From contig JBAZJG010000001.1 of assembly GCA_041651455.1 (NCBI GenBank), forward strand, positions 77,173-141,172: 64,000 nt of DNA, written 5' to 3'. A program made the translations under genes and the position numbers. Positions 19,143-28,991 of the stretch are shown in pieces. The DNA is from Candidatus Omnitrophota bacterium. GTDB lineage: Bacteria > Omnitrophota > Gorgyraeia > Pluralincolimonadales > Pluralincolimonadaceae. Every line of letters starts with the position of its first letter. The first letter of the stretch is position 1. The notes beneath the pieces were generated by a model that saw nothing but the letters and a program-made list of their open reading frames with translations, was not told where the DNA came from and did no database searches.

Positions 19143-20060
19143 ATGACGAAATTTGCTATAGGCATAGACCTCGGCGGCACGTATACCAAGCTCGCCCTTG
19201 TAAGCCCAAAAGGAAAGATCGTAGAGAGAGGCAGGCTGTCCACATCGGACCACCCGACCAGGGACGGGTTGCTGCGGGCTATTGCTTCCGAGATAGGTAT
19301 CCTCCTTAAGAGGGCCCGGGTACCCCGAAGCCGCGTAAAGGGAGTGGGAATAGGCGTGCCGGGGCTTGTGGATTTCAGCAAGGGCGTGGTTTACAACCTG
19401 ACCAACGTTAAGGGATGGAAGAACACGCCGGTCAAGAGGCTTCTTGAAAATAAGCTTAAAATACCCGTGCTTGCGGATAACGACGTCAACGTCATGGCGC
19501 TCGGTGAATGCAGGTTCGGCGCCGGCAAGGGAGCCGTTAATGCGGTCTGCATAACGCTCGGTACCGGCGTCGGCGGCGGCGTTATCATAGGCGGCGGGCT
19601 TTACCGCGGATCTACTTTCTCGGCCGGTGAGGTGGGGCATATGCCGCTTAAGGAAGACGGACTAAAGTGCAACTGCGGCGGTTACGGATGCCTTGAAAGA
19701 TATGTGGGCAACAGGCGTATTTCGGAAGAGTACAGGTCGATGAAGAAGGGCACAGCGGCCCTTATGAGCCCCGAGTCGATTAGCATCGCGGCAAAAAAAG
19801 GCGACAAGACGGCGATCGAGCTCTGGGACAGGGTGGGCAAAAGGATCGGAACGACGCTCGCGGGTATAGTGAACCTGCTGAACCCGGAGATGATCATAGT
19901 CGGCGGCGGCGTGGCGGAGGCGGGAGAGCATCTCTTTGGCCCCATGCGCGAGACAGTGAAAAGACGTGCGATGAAGATACCAGGCGGTGCCGTAAAGATA
20001 GTAAAGGCGAAGCTGGGCAACGACGCCGGCGTAATAGGGGCTGCGGCCCTTTTCTTTTAA
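19143..20060 (+). CDS. ROK family sugar kinase (glucokinase-like)
   Basis: The ATP site IGIDLGGTYTKLAL and the ROK Zn motif CNCGGYGCLE are present. Confidence 0.8.
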   Translation: MTKFAIGIDLGGTYTKLALVSPKGKIVERGRLSTSDHPTRDGLLRAIASEIGILLKRARVPRSRVKGVGIGVPGLVDFSKGVVYNLTNVKGWKNTPVKRLLENKLKIPVLADNDVNVMALGECRFGAGKGAVNAVCITLGTGVGGGVIIGGGLYRGSTFSAGEVGHMPLKEDGLKCNCGGYGCLERYVGNRRISEEYRSMKKGTAALMSPESISIAAKKGDKTAIELWDRVGKRIGTTLAGIVNLLNPEMIIVGGGVAEAGEHLFGPMRETVKRRAMKIPGGAVKIVKAKLGNDAGVIGAAALFF

Positions 20061-20085
20061 CAATATAAACGATCGGAAACGGGAA

Positions 20086-22356
20086 TTGCATAATAACAGG
20101 AACCTGGCTGTAATCTTTGTTGTTGCCGTTGCGGCGCTGCTAACATGCGCGTGCGCGAACGCGGAAGGGAAAGGCGGCATGACGCCCCTTGACTTCGATA
20201 AGGACAGCAAGGAGCCGGTCATCATCAACGGCGACACGGTCGAGTATGACGAGGCCGGGAAGACCGCCAGCGCTAACGGCAACGTATCGATAATATACCA
20301 GGACCTGAAGGTCACCTGCAAGAAGGCGATGTTCCATTCCGACACGAAGGAAGTCATCGCGGAAGGCGACGTCATCCTCACGCAGGACAAGAACGTGTTC
20401 AAGGGCGAGAAGGTCGTCTATAACGTAGAGACGAAGACCGGAACCGTCGTAAAACCGAATGTCTTCATAGACCCGACGTTCTACGGCGGCGGCGAGAAGG
20501 CGGAGAAGCTCAGCAAGGAGCATTATTATATCAAGCGCGGTTATGTGACCACCTGCGACAAGGAGCATCCGCACTACAGGGTCCAATCGAGGCAGCTTAA
20601 CGTATACCTGGACGACAGGGTGACCGCCAGCAATATCCTGATGTTCGTCGGGGACGTCCCGATATTCTATTTCCCGTATTACAGCCATTCCCTTAAGGAC
20701 AAGCATCCCGGCGTCACCATCGTCCCCGGCAAGAACGACGACTGGGGATATTTCGTGCTGACCTCATGGCGCTACTACTTCAACGATAACCTCAGGGGCC
20801 GTATACATGTCGACTACAGGGAAAAGAGGGATTTCGCCTACGGCATAACGACGAATTACGGCACCGAGGACTACGGAAGCGGCATCTTCAGGTTCAATTA
20901 TTTCGACGAGAAGAAGGAGCGCATCTGGAGCAGCAGGCCCGAGCAGGAATCCGACTCGCCGAAAGGCAAGAAGATCGAACGCTACCGCGCGCAGATGAGG
21001 CACAAATGGCAGATGGACCCGATAACGCAGGGAGTGTTCGAGTTCAACAAGATGTCCGACGCGAACGTGATCAAGGATTATTACATAAAAGATTACCAGC
21101 GTGACATGGTCAACAGCAATTACGCCTCCGTCATAAGGGCGGACAAATACTATACGACAAGCCTCCTCGCGCAGAAGAGGATGAACCGGTTCGATTCGGT
21201 CGTGGAATACCTGCCGCAGGTCAAGATAGAGTCGACGAGCATAAAGATAGGCAACACAAGTTTCTATTATGACGGCCTTGCCTCGGCCTCGAACCTCAAC
21301 AAGCTCGAGCCGTCGCCGGCAAACTCCGTGGCCACCACGAACAGGTTCGACACGAGCAACAAGCTGTCGTACCAGTCGACGCTCTTCGGATGGCTTTCGG
21401 TGACCCCGTTCACGGGCACAAGGCAGACCTTCTACAGCAGGGACCTGGAGGGCGACCGCAATTTCATGCGCGGGATCTTCTTTACCGGGACCGACGTCAG
21501 CACGCGTTTTTACAAGACGTATGATTATGATTCCAGGATGTTTAACATGGAGATCAATGGCATAAGACATGTGATCGCGCCGAAAGTCTCGTATTCATAT
21601 ACGCATGAGCCAACCGTAAACAGATCCAAACTCGGGCAGTTTGACGAGGTCGACGATATCGGCTTCCAGAACGCGATAATGCCGTCCCTCGAGAACAAGC
21701 TGCAGACGAAACGTATGGTAGGCGGCAAGATGACGACGGTAGACCTCGCGAGGTTCATGGTCAGCACTAGCTATAATTTCGCAACCGAGACCGATAAGGG
21801 CGGCAAGCTCGACAATTACAACCTCAGCTTCGAGTCGAAACCGTATAACTGGATGAGGCTCCTGTCCAACGCGGTATATAACCCGCACAGGTCGAGGTTC
21901 GAATCGTTCAGCTTCAACTTCGCGGGCAACCCCGAGCTAGATTTCGACAACCAGGACCTCAGGCAGGAAGTGTATACAGACATAACGAAGAAGAGATGGG
22001 GCTATGGCGGCGGCTACAGGTGGGATAACGACCTTGGAAGCCTCATAGAGAGCCAGTTCATGTTCAACGTGACGCCGAAGTGGAAGATAACCGCGTATAA
22101 CAGGTTGGACCTCAAGAGGTTCGGCACCACGATCGACGGGACGCCGAAGAAGTTCATCAACAGCATGGCAGAACAGGAATACAGGATCAGCCGCGACCTG
22201 CATTGCTGGATAGGCGATTTCGTATACAACATATCAAGGGACCACGGGCATACGTTCATGGTGATATTCAGGGTAAAGGCGTTCCCTGATGTCCCGGTCG
22301 AATTCGAGCAGAACTATAACCCGCCGATGTTCGGTTCGGCGATGCCCCCGGGCTAA
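20086..22356 (+). CDS. lptD: LPS-assembly outer membrane protein LptD (OstA)
   Basis: A signal peptide, an N-terminal OstA/LptA-like domain (VIINGDTVEYD...GNVSIIYQDLKVTCKKAMFHSDTKEVIAEGDVILTQ) and a large C-terminal beta-barrel region rich in aromatic residues are present. Confidence 0.8.
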   Translation: MHNNRNLAVIFVVAVAALLTCACANAEGKGGMTPLDFDKDSKEPVIINGDTVEYDEAGKTASANGNVSIIYQDLKVTCKKAMFHSDTKEVIAEGDVILTQDKNVFKGEKVVYNVETKTGTVVKPNVFIDPTFYGGGEKAEKLSKEHYYIKRGYVTTCDKEHPHYRVQSRQLNVYLDDRVTASNILMFVGDVPIFYFPYYSHSLKDKHPGVTIVPGKNDDWGYFVLTSWRYYFNDNLRGRIHVDYREKRDFAYGITTNYGTEDYGSGIFRFNYFDEKKERIWSSRPEQESDSPKGKKIERYRAQMRHKWQMDPITQGVFEFNKMSDANVIKDYYIKDYQRDMVNSNYASVIRADKYYTTSLLAQKRMNRFDSVVEYLPQVKIESTSIKIGNTSFYYDGLASASNLNKLEPSPANSVATTNRFDTSNKLSYQSTLFGWLSVTPFTGTRQTFYSRDLEGDRNFMRGIFFTGTDVSTRFYKTYDYDSRMFNMEINGIRHVIAPKVSYSYTHEPTVNRSKLGQFDEVDDIGFQNAIMPSLENKLQTKRMVGGKMTTVDLARFMVSTSYNFATETDKGGKLDNYNLSFESKPYNWMRLLSNAVYNPHRSRFESFSFNFAGNPELDFDNQDLRQEVYTDITKKRWGYGGGYRWDNDLGSLIESQFMFNVTPKWKITAYNRLDLKRFGTTIDGTPKKFINSMAEQEYRISRDLHCWIGDFVYNISRDHGHTFMVIFRVKAFPDVPVEFEQNYNPPMFGSAMPPG

Positions 22357-22372
22357 ATAAGGCAGGAGACCT

Positions 22373-23671
22373 ATGAAGATAACCGTGATAGGGGCAGGAT
22401 ATGTCGGGCTTGTGACGGCGGCGTGCCTTGCCGACCTCGGTAACGAAGTCACGTGCAACGATATCGACAGCGCGAAGATCGCCCAGCTGAACAGGGGCAA
22501 GATACCGATATACGAGCCGGGCCTCGACGACCTCATAAAGAGGAACCGCAGGGAGCACAGGCTTAAGTTCACGACAAACCTGAAAGGATGCGTAGAGTCG
22601 AGCGGGATAATCTTCATCGCGGTCGGCACGCCTCCGAAGGACAGCGGAGAGGCGGACCTAACGTATATAGAGGCCGTAGCCAGGGATATCGCGAAATACA
22701 TGAAGTCGTACCATCTCGTCGTCGAGAAATCAACGACGCCGGTCGAGACGGGGACCTGGATAAAGAAGACGCTCGAGGTGTATGCGCGCAAGAACGTGAA
22801 ATTCGACGTCGCGTCGAACCCGGAGTTCCTCAGGGAGGGCTCGGCGATAGGCGATTTCATGCATCCTGACAGGATAGTCATTGGCGTCGAGAGCAAGAAG
22901 GCGGAGCAGATGCTTACGGATCTCTACAGGCCTCTGGGCGCTGAGATAATCGTGACTAACATAAACAGCGCGGAGATAATCAAGCACGCGTCGAACTCGT
23001 TCCTCGCAACAAAGATATCGTTTATAAATGCCGTCGCGAACATCTGCGAAAAAGCCGGGGCCGATGTAGAGGAGGTCGCGCGGGGCATGGGGCTCGACAA
23101 GAGGATAGGCAGGTCGTTCCTTGACGCCGGCATAGGGTTCGGAGGGTTCTGTTTCCCGAAGGATATCGAAGCGTTCATACATATATCGGAGAAGATAGGG
23201 TATAATTTCGAATTGCTCAAGTCGGTTAAGAGGATAAACGAGGCGCAGAGGACACTGCTCGTTAAGAAGATAGAAAAGGCGGTCTGGAACATAAAAGGCA
23301 AGACGATAGCGATGCTCGGGCTGGCGTTCAAGCCGAACACCGACGATATGAGGTTCGCGCCGTCCTTGACGATAGCGGAGAAGCTCAGGCAGGAAGGTGC
23401 GCACATTAGAGCTTACGACCCGCAGTCGATGGCAAGGGCGAAGAAGCTGCCGGAGTTCAAGGGCGTGAAGTTCTGCGAAGGCCCGTACGAGGCAGTGAAG
23501 GGCGCGGACTGCACGGTCATCGTGACGGAATGGAACGAATTCAAGGAACTCGACCTTAAGAGGGCGAAGAAGCTGATGAGGCAGCCTGTCGTCGTAGACG
23601 GCAGGAACATATACGAGCCGAAGAAGATGAGGGAACTCGGGTTCAGGTACAGCTGCATCGGGAGGGCGTAG
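22373..23671 (+). CDS. ugd: UDP-glucose 6-dehydrogenase (UDP-glucose/GDP-mannose dehydrogenase family)
   Basis: The NAD-binding site MKITVIGAGYVGLV and a catalytic Cys region GFGGFCFPKD are present; 432 aa. Confidence 0.8.
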   Translation: MKITVIGAGYVGLVTAACLADLGNEVTCNDIDSAKIAQLNRGKIPIYEPGLDDLIKRNRREHRLKFTTNLKGCVESSGIIFIAVGTPPKDSGEADLTYIEAVARDIAKYMKSYHLVVEKSTTPVETGTWIKKTLEVYARKNVKFDVASNPEFLREGSAIGDFMHPDRIVIGVESKKAEQMLTDLYRPLGAEIIVTNINSAEIIKHASNSFLATKISFINAVANICEKAGADVEEVARGMGLDKRIGRSFLDAGIGFGGFCFPKDIEAFIHISEKIGYNFELLKSVKRINEAQRTLLVKKIEKAVWNIKGKTIAMLGLAFKPNTDDMRFAPSLTIAEKLRQEGAHIRAYDPQSMARAKKLPEFKGVKFCEGPYEAVKGADCTVIVTEWNEFKELDLKRAKKLMRQPVVVDGRNIYEPKKMRELGFRYSCIGRA

Positions 23672-23674
23672 AAG

Positions 23675-24121
23675 ATGATAGAAGGCGTGAAGATAAAGAA
23701 GCTGAAGGCGATCCCCGACGAGAGGGGCAAGCTCATGGAGATACTGCGCAACGACGACGATATATTCGAGAAGTTCGGCCAGGTATATTTTACGACCGCG
23801 TTCCCGGGCGTCGTCAAGGCGTGGCATTTCCACAAGAAACAGGACGACCATTTCGTCTGCCTGCAGGGGAAGATAAGGTTGGGGCTCTATGACGCGAGGG
23901 AGGGCTCGAAGACGAAGGGCGAGGTGAATGAGTTCATCCTTTCTCTCGAAGACCCTTTCATGGTAAAGATACCTAAGGGCGTGTACCACGGGTTCAAATG
24001 CATCGCGGACACCGAATCTATGATCCTGAACGTGCCCACCATGGCGTATAACCCGAAGGAGCCGGACGAGTTCAGGATCGACGCATACGATAACGACATA
24101 CCGTTCGACTGGAGGAAATGA
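23675..24121 (+). CDS. RmlC-like cupin, either a short-form dTDP-4-dehydrorhamnose 3,5-epimerase or an FdtA/WxcM-like 3,4-ketoisomerase
   Basis: This small cupin has the His motif KAWHFHKKQDDHFVCLQGK. It sits directly upstream of the rmlA/rmlB/rmlD homologs, where an rmlC is otherwise missing. Confidence 0.55.
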   Translation: MIEGVKIKKLKAIPDERGKLMEILRNDDDIFEKFGQVYFTTAFPGVVKAWHFHKKQDDHFVCLQGKIRLGLYDAREGSKTKGEVNEFILSLEDPFMVKIPKGVYHGFKCIADTESMILNVPTMAYNPKEPDEFRIDAYDNDIPFDWRK

Positions 24122-24861
24122 TGGCGCCGCGCGGGGTAATACTCGCGGGAGGCCTCGGAAAAAGGCTCGACCCGCTGACGAGGATCACCAACAAGCACCT
24201 TCTGCCCGTCTATGACAGGCCGATGATATATTACCCGATACAGACGCTCGTCGACGCGGGGATCAGGGACATTCTTATCGTGACCGGCGGCAATAACGCG
24301 GGGGATTTCCTGCGCCTGTTAGGAAACGGCTCCGAGTTCGGGCTTAACCACATCAACTACACGTACCAGAGGGGCGAGGGCGGGATCGCGGAGGCGCTGG
24401 GCCTCGCGAAACATTTCGCGCAGGGAGAGAAGATAGTCGTAATACTCGGCGATAACCTCATCGAGAAGAGCATAAAGAAGCATGTGGATGATTTCATAGG
24501 GCAGGCGGAAGGCGCGAAGATACTCCTTAAGAAGGTCCCGGACCCGCAGAGGTTCGGCGTCGCCGAGATCAAGGGCGGAAGGATAATAAGCATAAAGGAG
24601 AAGCCCCGGAAACCGAGGTCCGACCTTGCCGTTACGGGCATATATATGTACGATCCGAAGGTATTCGATATCATAAGGCCCCTGAAGCCGTCTAAGAGGG
24701 GCGAGCTCGAGATAACCGACGTGAATAACGAGTATATCAGGCTCGGAGAGATGACCTTCGACGTCCTCGACGGGTGGTGGACGGATTGCGGTACCTTCGA
24801 ATCGCTCTTCCGGGCGAACAAGCTTGTCGAAGAGGGCCTGAGAAGGAAAGGCGGCAGATAA
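24118..24861 (+). CDS. rmlA: Glucose-1-phosphate thymidylyltransferase (RmlA-type sugar-1-P nucleotidyltransferase, short form)
   Basis: The motif ILAGGLGKRLDPLTRITNKHLLPVYDRPMIYYPI is present. Confidence 0.75.
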   Translation: MMAPRGVILAGGLGKRLDPLTRITNKHLLPVYDRPMIYYPIQTLVDAGIRDILIVTGGNNAGDFLRLLGNGSEFGLNHINYTYQRGEGGIAEALGLAKHFAQGEKIVVILGDNLIEKSIKKHVDDFIGQAEGAKILLKKVPDPQRFGVAEIKGGRIISIKEKPRKPRSDLAVTGIYMYDPKVFDIIRPLKPSKRGELEITDVNNEYIRLGEMTFDVLDGWWTDCGTFESLFRANKLVEEGLRRKGGR

Positions 24862-25856
24862 TGAGGATACTTGTCACCGGAGGCGCCGGCTTCATCGGCT
24901 CGAACTTCATCAGGTACGTGCTCGGCAGGAACAAGAGCTGCGAGATAACGAACCTCGACAAGCTCAGCTATGCCGGGAACCCCGAGAACCTGAAGGATAT
25001 CGAAGGCAACCCGAACTACACGTTCGTCAAGGGCGACATATGCGACCATGACACCGTCGAGAAGGCGATGGACGGCTGCGATTACGTCGTGAACTTCGCG
25101 GCCGAAAGCCATGTAGACAGGTCGATCCATTCCGCCGACGAGTTCATACGCACGAACATCCTCGGGACTAACATCCTTCTCGAGAAGGCGAGGATGAAGG
25201 GCGTCACGAAGTTCATACAGATATCGACGGACGAGGTCTACGGCTCGATAGAAAACGGTTCATTTACGGAATCAAGCATGCTGGTCACGAACAGCCCCTA
25301 TTCGGCGAGCAAGGCGGCCGCGGAGCATATGTGCCACGCTTATTACGTGACCTTTGGCCTGCCGGTCGTTATAACGCGCAGTTCGAACAATTTCGGGCCT
25401 TACCAGTACCCGGAAAAATTCGTGGCTCTGGGCATAACGAACCTGCTCGAAGGGAAGAAGGTGCCGCTTTACGGAGACGGCAAGAACGTGCGCGACTGGC
25501 TCTTCGTTGAGGACAATTGCGACGGCATCTATTTCGTGCTGAACAAGGGCACGGCAGGGGAGGTATACAACATCGCCGGCGGTTACGAGATGATGAACAT
25601 CGAGATGGTGCACGCGATCCTTAAGGCGATGGGCAAAAATGATTCGATGGTCGAATACGTCAAGGACCGCCTCGGACACGACAGGAGGTATTCCCTCGAC
25701 GATTCCAAATTAAGGGCGATGGGATGGAAGCCCGGCCACACATTCGCGTCGGCGCTGGAGAAGACGGTCAAGTGGTACGGCGACAACCGCGACTGGTGGA
25801 TGAAGATAAAGCACAAGGACACATATAAGAGCTATTATAAGAAGCAATATAAGTGA
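24861..25856 (+). CDS. rmlB: dTDP-glucose 4,6-dehydratase
   Basis: [14 protein letters not shown] and the catalytic YSASKAA are present, and the TAATG overlaps the upstream stop. Confidence 0.88.
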   Translation: MRILVTGGAGFIGSNFIRYVLGRNKSCEITNLDKLSYAGNPENLKDIEGNPNYTFVKGDICDHDTVEKAMDGCDYVVNFAAESHVDRSIHSADEFIRTNILGTNILLEKARMKGVTKFIQISTDEVYGSIENGSFTESSMLVTNSPYSASKAAAEHMCHAYYVTFGLPVVITRSSNNFGPYQYPEKFVALGITNLLEGKKVPLYGDGKNVRDWLFVEDNCDGIYFVLNKGTAGEVYNIAGGYEMMNIEMVHAILKAMGKNDSMVEYVKDRLGHDRRYSLDDSKLRAMGWKPGHTFASALEKTVKWYGDNRDWWMKIKHKDTYKSYYKKQYK

Positions 25857-26725
25857 TGGGATCGAAGGTAATCGTAACCGGCGCTACCGGCATGCTGGGC
25901 CGCGATATCTGCCTGGCGTTCTCGGGGACGAATGAGGTAATAAGCGAGCGCGTTGATATAACCGACAGGGAAGCGTTCCTCGAATACGCGAGGTCTCACG
26001 CGCCGAATGCCATAATCAACACGGCCGCGATAGCCGATGTCGACCGCTGCGAGCGAGAGCCGGCGGAGGCGTTCCGGGTCAATGCGGAAGGCGCGAAGAA
26101 CGTCGCGGATGCCGCTTCGGCGGCAGGGGCGATACTAGTCCATATCAGCACCGATTATGTATTCGACGGAGAGAAGGCCGGGGACCGCGCCTATACGGAA
26201 GAGGACAGGACCGCGCCTTTAAGTGTTTACGGCAAATCGAAGTTAGCCGCGGAAGGATATGTCATTTCGGCCGGGTGCGCGTACGCGATTATCCGCTCAA
26301 GCTGGATGTTCGGCGCCGGAGGCAGGAATTTCGTCGACTCTGTAATTGAGGCGGCGCAGAAGTGCGGCAAGGTAAGGGCGATACAGGAAAAATACGGCGG
26401 ACCTACATATACGGCGGACTTAGCCGAGGCCATACGTGCGCTGTCCGCAAAGATGGCCGCAGGAGCCGCAAAACCGGGAATATATAATATATCGAACGCG
26501 GGCGTGTGCTCGCGTTACCAGTTCGCAAAGGAGATCCTTGAGTTCTGCGGCCTTTCCGCGGAGGTCGTCCCGATAACCGCGAAGGATGCGGGCGGGCCTG
26601 CAATAAGGCCAAGGATGACAGAGCTGGACAATTTGAAGATAGAAGGCGTCCTCGGGTACAGGTTGAGGCATTACAAGGAAGCGTTCAAAGAGTACATAAT
26701 AAGAAAGAGGGGGAATAAGGTCTGA
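25853..26725 (+). CDS. rmlD: dTDP-4-dehydrorhamnose reductase
   Basis: VIVTGATGMLG and YGKSKLAAE are present; the ~290 aa size is typical of RmlD. Confidence 0.82.
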   Translation: MMGSKVIVTGATGMLGRDICLAFSGTNEVISERVDITDREAFLEYARSHAPNAIINTAAIADVDRCEREPAEAFRVNAEGAKNVADAASAAGAILVHISTDYVFDGEKAGDRAYTEEDRTAPLSVYGKSKLAAEGYVISAGCAYAIIRSSWMFGAGGRNFVDSVIEAAQKCGKVRAIQEKYGGPTYTADLAEAIRALSAKMAAGAAKPGIYNISNAGVCSRYQFAKEILEFCGLSAEVVPITAKDAGGPAIRPRMTELDNLKIEGVLGYRLRHYKEAFKEYIIRKRGNKV

Positions 26726-28032
26726 TGGCAACCAAGTTCAAGGACAAGATCAAACAGAAGAAAGCGAAGATCGCGGTCATAGGCCTCGGTTATGTCGGGC
26801 TTCCGCTGGCGGTTGAGTTTGCGAAGGAGGGATTCCACGCCCTCGGTGTCGACCTCGACAGGAGGAAAGTGGATTCGATAAATGCCGGGGATTCGTATAT
26901 CCTTGATATCCCGGGTGATGAGATCAAGCCCCTCGCGAAGAAGGGCATACTGAAGGCAACGACGGATTATTCAAGGCTGAAGGAGGTCGACGCGATCATT
27001 ATATGCGTCCCTACGCCCCTGAGGAAGACGAAAGATCCCGACATGTCGTTCATAGTGTCGGCGGCAGAGGCGATCGCCAAGAACCTCAGGAAAGGGCAGG
27101 TTATCGTGCTCGAGTCGACGACATATCCCGGGACCACCGAAGAAGTGATACTGCCGATGCTCGAGGCCACGGGGCTGAAGGTAGGAAGGGATTTCTCGCT
27201 CGGTTTCTCGCCGGAGAGGATAGACCCGGGCAACCCGAGGTATATGACGCATAATATCCCGAAGGTCGTCAGCGGAATGACCGCCGGGTGCAGGGAGAAC
27301 ATTGCGCTGCTCTATTCGCAGATAGTTGAAAAGGTCGTGACCGTCTCGTCGGTGAAAGTAGCCGAGATGGTGAAATTGCTCGAGAACACGTTCAGGTCGG
27401 TAAATATCGGGCTCGTCAACGAGCTCGCGCTGATGTGCGACAGCCTCAAGGTGGACGTCTGGGAGATCATCGAGGCCGCGAAGACCAAACCGTTCGGGTT
27501 CATGCCTTTTTATCCGGGGCCGGGCCTCGGAGGCCATTGCATACCCATAGACCCGATATACCTGGCGTGGAAGGCGAGGATACAGGGTTTTGAGCCGAGA
27601 TTCATCGACCTCGCCTCGAAGATAAACGCGGACATGCCGGAGCATGTGGCCGAGAGGGTATCACGTTCGCTGAACAGCAGGTTCGGCAAAGCGGTCAAGG
27701 GCGCGAAGGTCCTCGTGGTCGGCCTGTCGTATAAGAAGGACGTGACCGATACAAGGGAGTCGCCGGCATACGAGGTCATCGAGAAGCTGGAGGAACGCGG
27801 AGCATCTATATCGTATTACGACCCCTTCGTTCCGTCGTCTATGATAGGCGGGCATAAGATGAAGTCCGTGGCCCTGACCGCGGCGGAGATAAAGAGGAAC
27901 GACTGCGTAGTTATAGTGACCGACCATTCGAACATCGATTACGATCTCATCTCCGAGAACGCGAAGTTCGTGCTCGATACGCGCAACGCGCTCAGGAATA
28001 TAAGAAAACGCGAGAAAATAGAAAGGCTGTAA
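26725..28032 (+). CDS. UDP-N-acetyl-D-hexosamine 6-dehydrogenase (WbpA/WecC/Cap5O family)
   Basis: The motif IAVIGLGYVGLPLA is present; the 435 aa size matches nucleotide-sugar dehydrogenases. Confidence 0.8.
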   Translation: MATKFKDKIKQKKAKIAVIGLGYVGLPLAVEFAKEGFHALGVDLDRRKVDSINAGDSYILDIPGDEIKPLAKKGILKATTDYSRLKEVDAIIICVPTPLRKTKDPDMSFIVSAAEAIAKNLRKGQVIVLESTTYPGTTEEVILPMLEATGLKVGRDFSLGFSPERIDPGNPRYMTHNIPKVVSGMTAGCRENIALLYSQIVEKVVTVSSVKVAEMVKLLENTFRSVNIGLVNELALMCDSLKVDVWEIIEAAKTKPFGFMPFYPGPGLGGHCIPIDPIYLAWKARIQGFEPRFIDLASKINADMPEHVAERVSRSLNSRFGKAVKGAKVLVVGLSYKKDVTDTRESPAYEVIEKLEERGASISYYDPFVPSSMIGGHKMKSVALTAAEIKRNDCVVIVTDHSNIDYDLISENAKFVLDTRNALRNIRKREKIERL

Positions 28033-28036
28033 ACTG

Positions 28037-28987
28037 ATGGCAAGATACCTTGTGACGGGCGGCGCGGGATTCATCGGCTCGAACATAACCGATGAGCTTG
28101 TCCGGCGTAAGCAGGAGGTCAGGGTCTTCGACGACCTCTCATCCGGAAGTAAGGACAACCTTAAGGCCGTGATGAATGATATAGAGTTCATAGAGGGAGA
28201 TATCAGGGACGCGACGCTGCTGAAGAAAGCGCTAAAAGGATGCGATTATGTCATTCACCAGGGGGCGCTGAGATCAGTCCCGAAGTCGATGACGAACCCC
28301 GGGCTTTATGACGATGTCAACGTTACGGGGACGCTGAACGTGCTGTCCGCAGCGGCCGAGAATAAGGTGAAGAGGCTCGTATTCGCGTCCTCAAGCTCGG
28401 TATACGGGGATTCCGAGAAACTTCCCCAGAGCGAGGACCAGATACCGCAGCCGGTCTCGCCGTACGCCGCGACAAAGCTCGCCGGCGAGCATTACTGCAG
28501 GGTTTTCGCGAAGTCATACGGGCTCGAGACGGTAGCCCTCAGGTATTTCAACGTGTTCGGGCCGCGCCAGTCGCTCGAATCCGAATACGCGGTAGTTATA
28601 CCGAAGTTCATAACATGCATACTCATGGGCGAGCAGCCGCCGGTCCACGGCGACGGGAAACAGAGCAGGGATTTCACGTATGTGGATAATGTCGTCGACG
28701 CGAACCTCACGGCCGCGACCCGCGAGGGGATATCCGGAGAGGTCTTCAATGTCGCCTGCGGGAAGGGATATAACCTGCTCGACCTCATAAGGATAATCAA
28801 CGACATCACGGGCAGGGATGTCCGTCCGAATTTCGAGGCCTCGCGCCCCGGCGACGTAAAACATACCCTTTCCGACATAACCAAGATGAAGAAACTGCTT
28901 AAACTCGACCCGAAGGTGGATTTTGTCCAGGGGCTGAGAAAGACGGTCGAATATTTTAGCGTGAAGCGCGCATCCGGGGGAAAATAA
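28037..28987 (+). CDS. NAD-dependent nucleotide-sugar 4-epimerase (WbpP/Gne/UDP-GlcA epimerase-like SDR)
   Basis: [13 protein letters not shown] and YAATKLAGE are present. Confidence 0.78.
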   Translation: MARYLVTGGAGFIGSNITDELVRRKQEVRVFDDLSSGSKDNLKAVMNDIEFIEGDIRDATLLKKALKGCDYVIHQGALRSVPKSMTNPGLYDDVNVTGTLNVLSAAAENKVKRLVFASSSSVYGDSEKLPQSEDQIPQPVSPYAATKLAGEHYCRVFAKSYGLETVALRYFNVFGPRQSLESEYAVVIPKFITCILMGEQPPVHGDGKQSRDFTYVDNVVDANLTAATREGISGEVFNVACGKGYNLLDLIRIINDITGRDVRPNFEASRPGDVKHTLSDITKMKKLLKLDPKVDFVQGLRKTVEYFSVKRASGGK

Positions 28988-28991
28988 TAAT

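Noticed and set aside
22730-23989. A 419-aa ORF on the minus strand, antisense to ugd
   Set aside because: It lies entirely within the confidently identified ugd gene, has no recognisable motifs, and is Arg/Leu/Pro-rich. This is typical of spurious antisense ORFs in GC-rich DNA.
24774-24860. Upstream extensions of rmlB (24774), of the UXS-like gene (30086), of the cytidylyltransferase-methyltransferase fusion (38787) and of ORF 58734
   Set aside because: Each has an internal ATG exactly at a stop/start overlap with the preceding gene (TAATG or ATGA). The extended N-termini are low-complexity and overlap upstream coding sequence.
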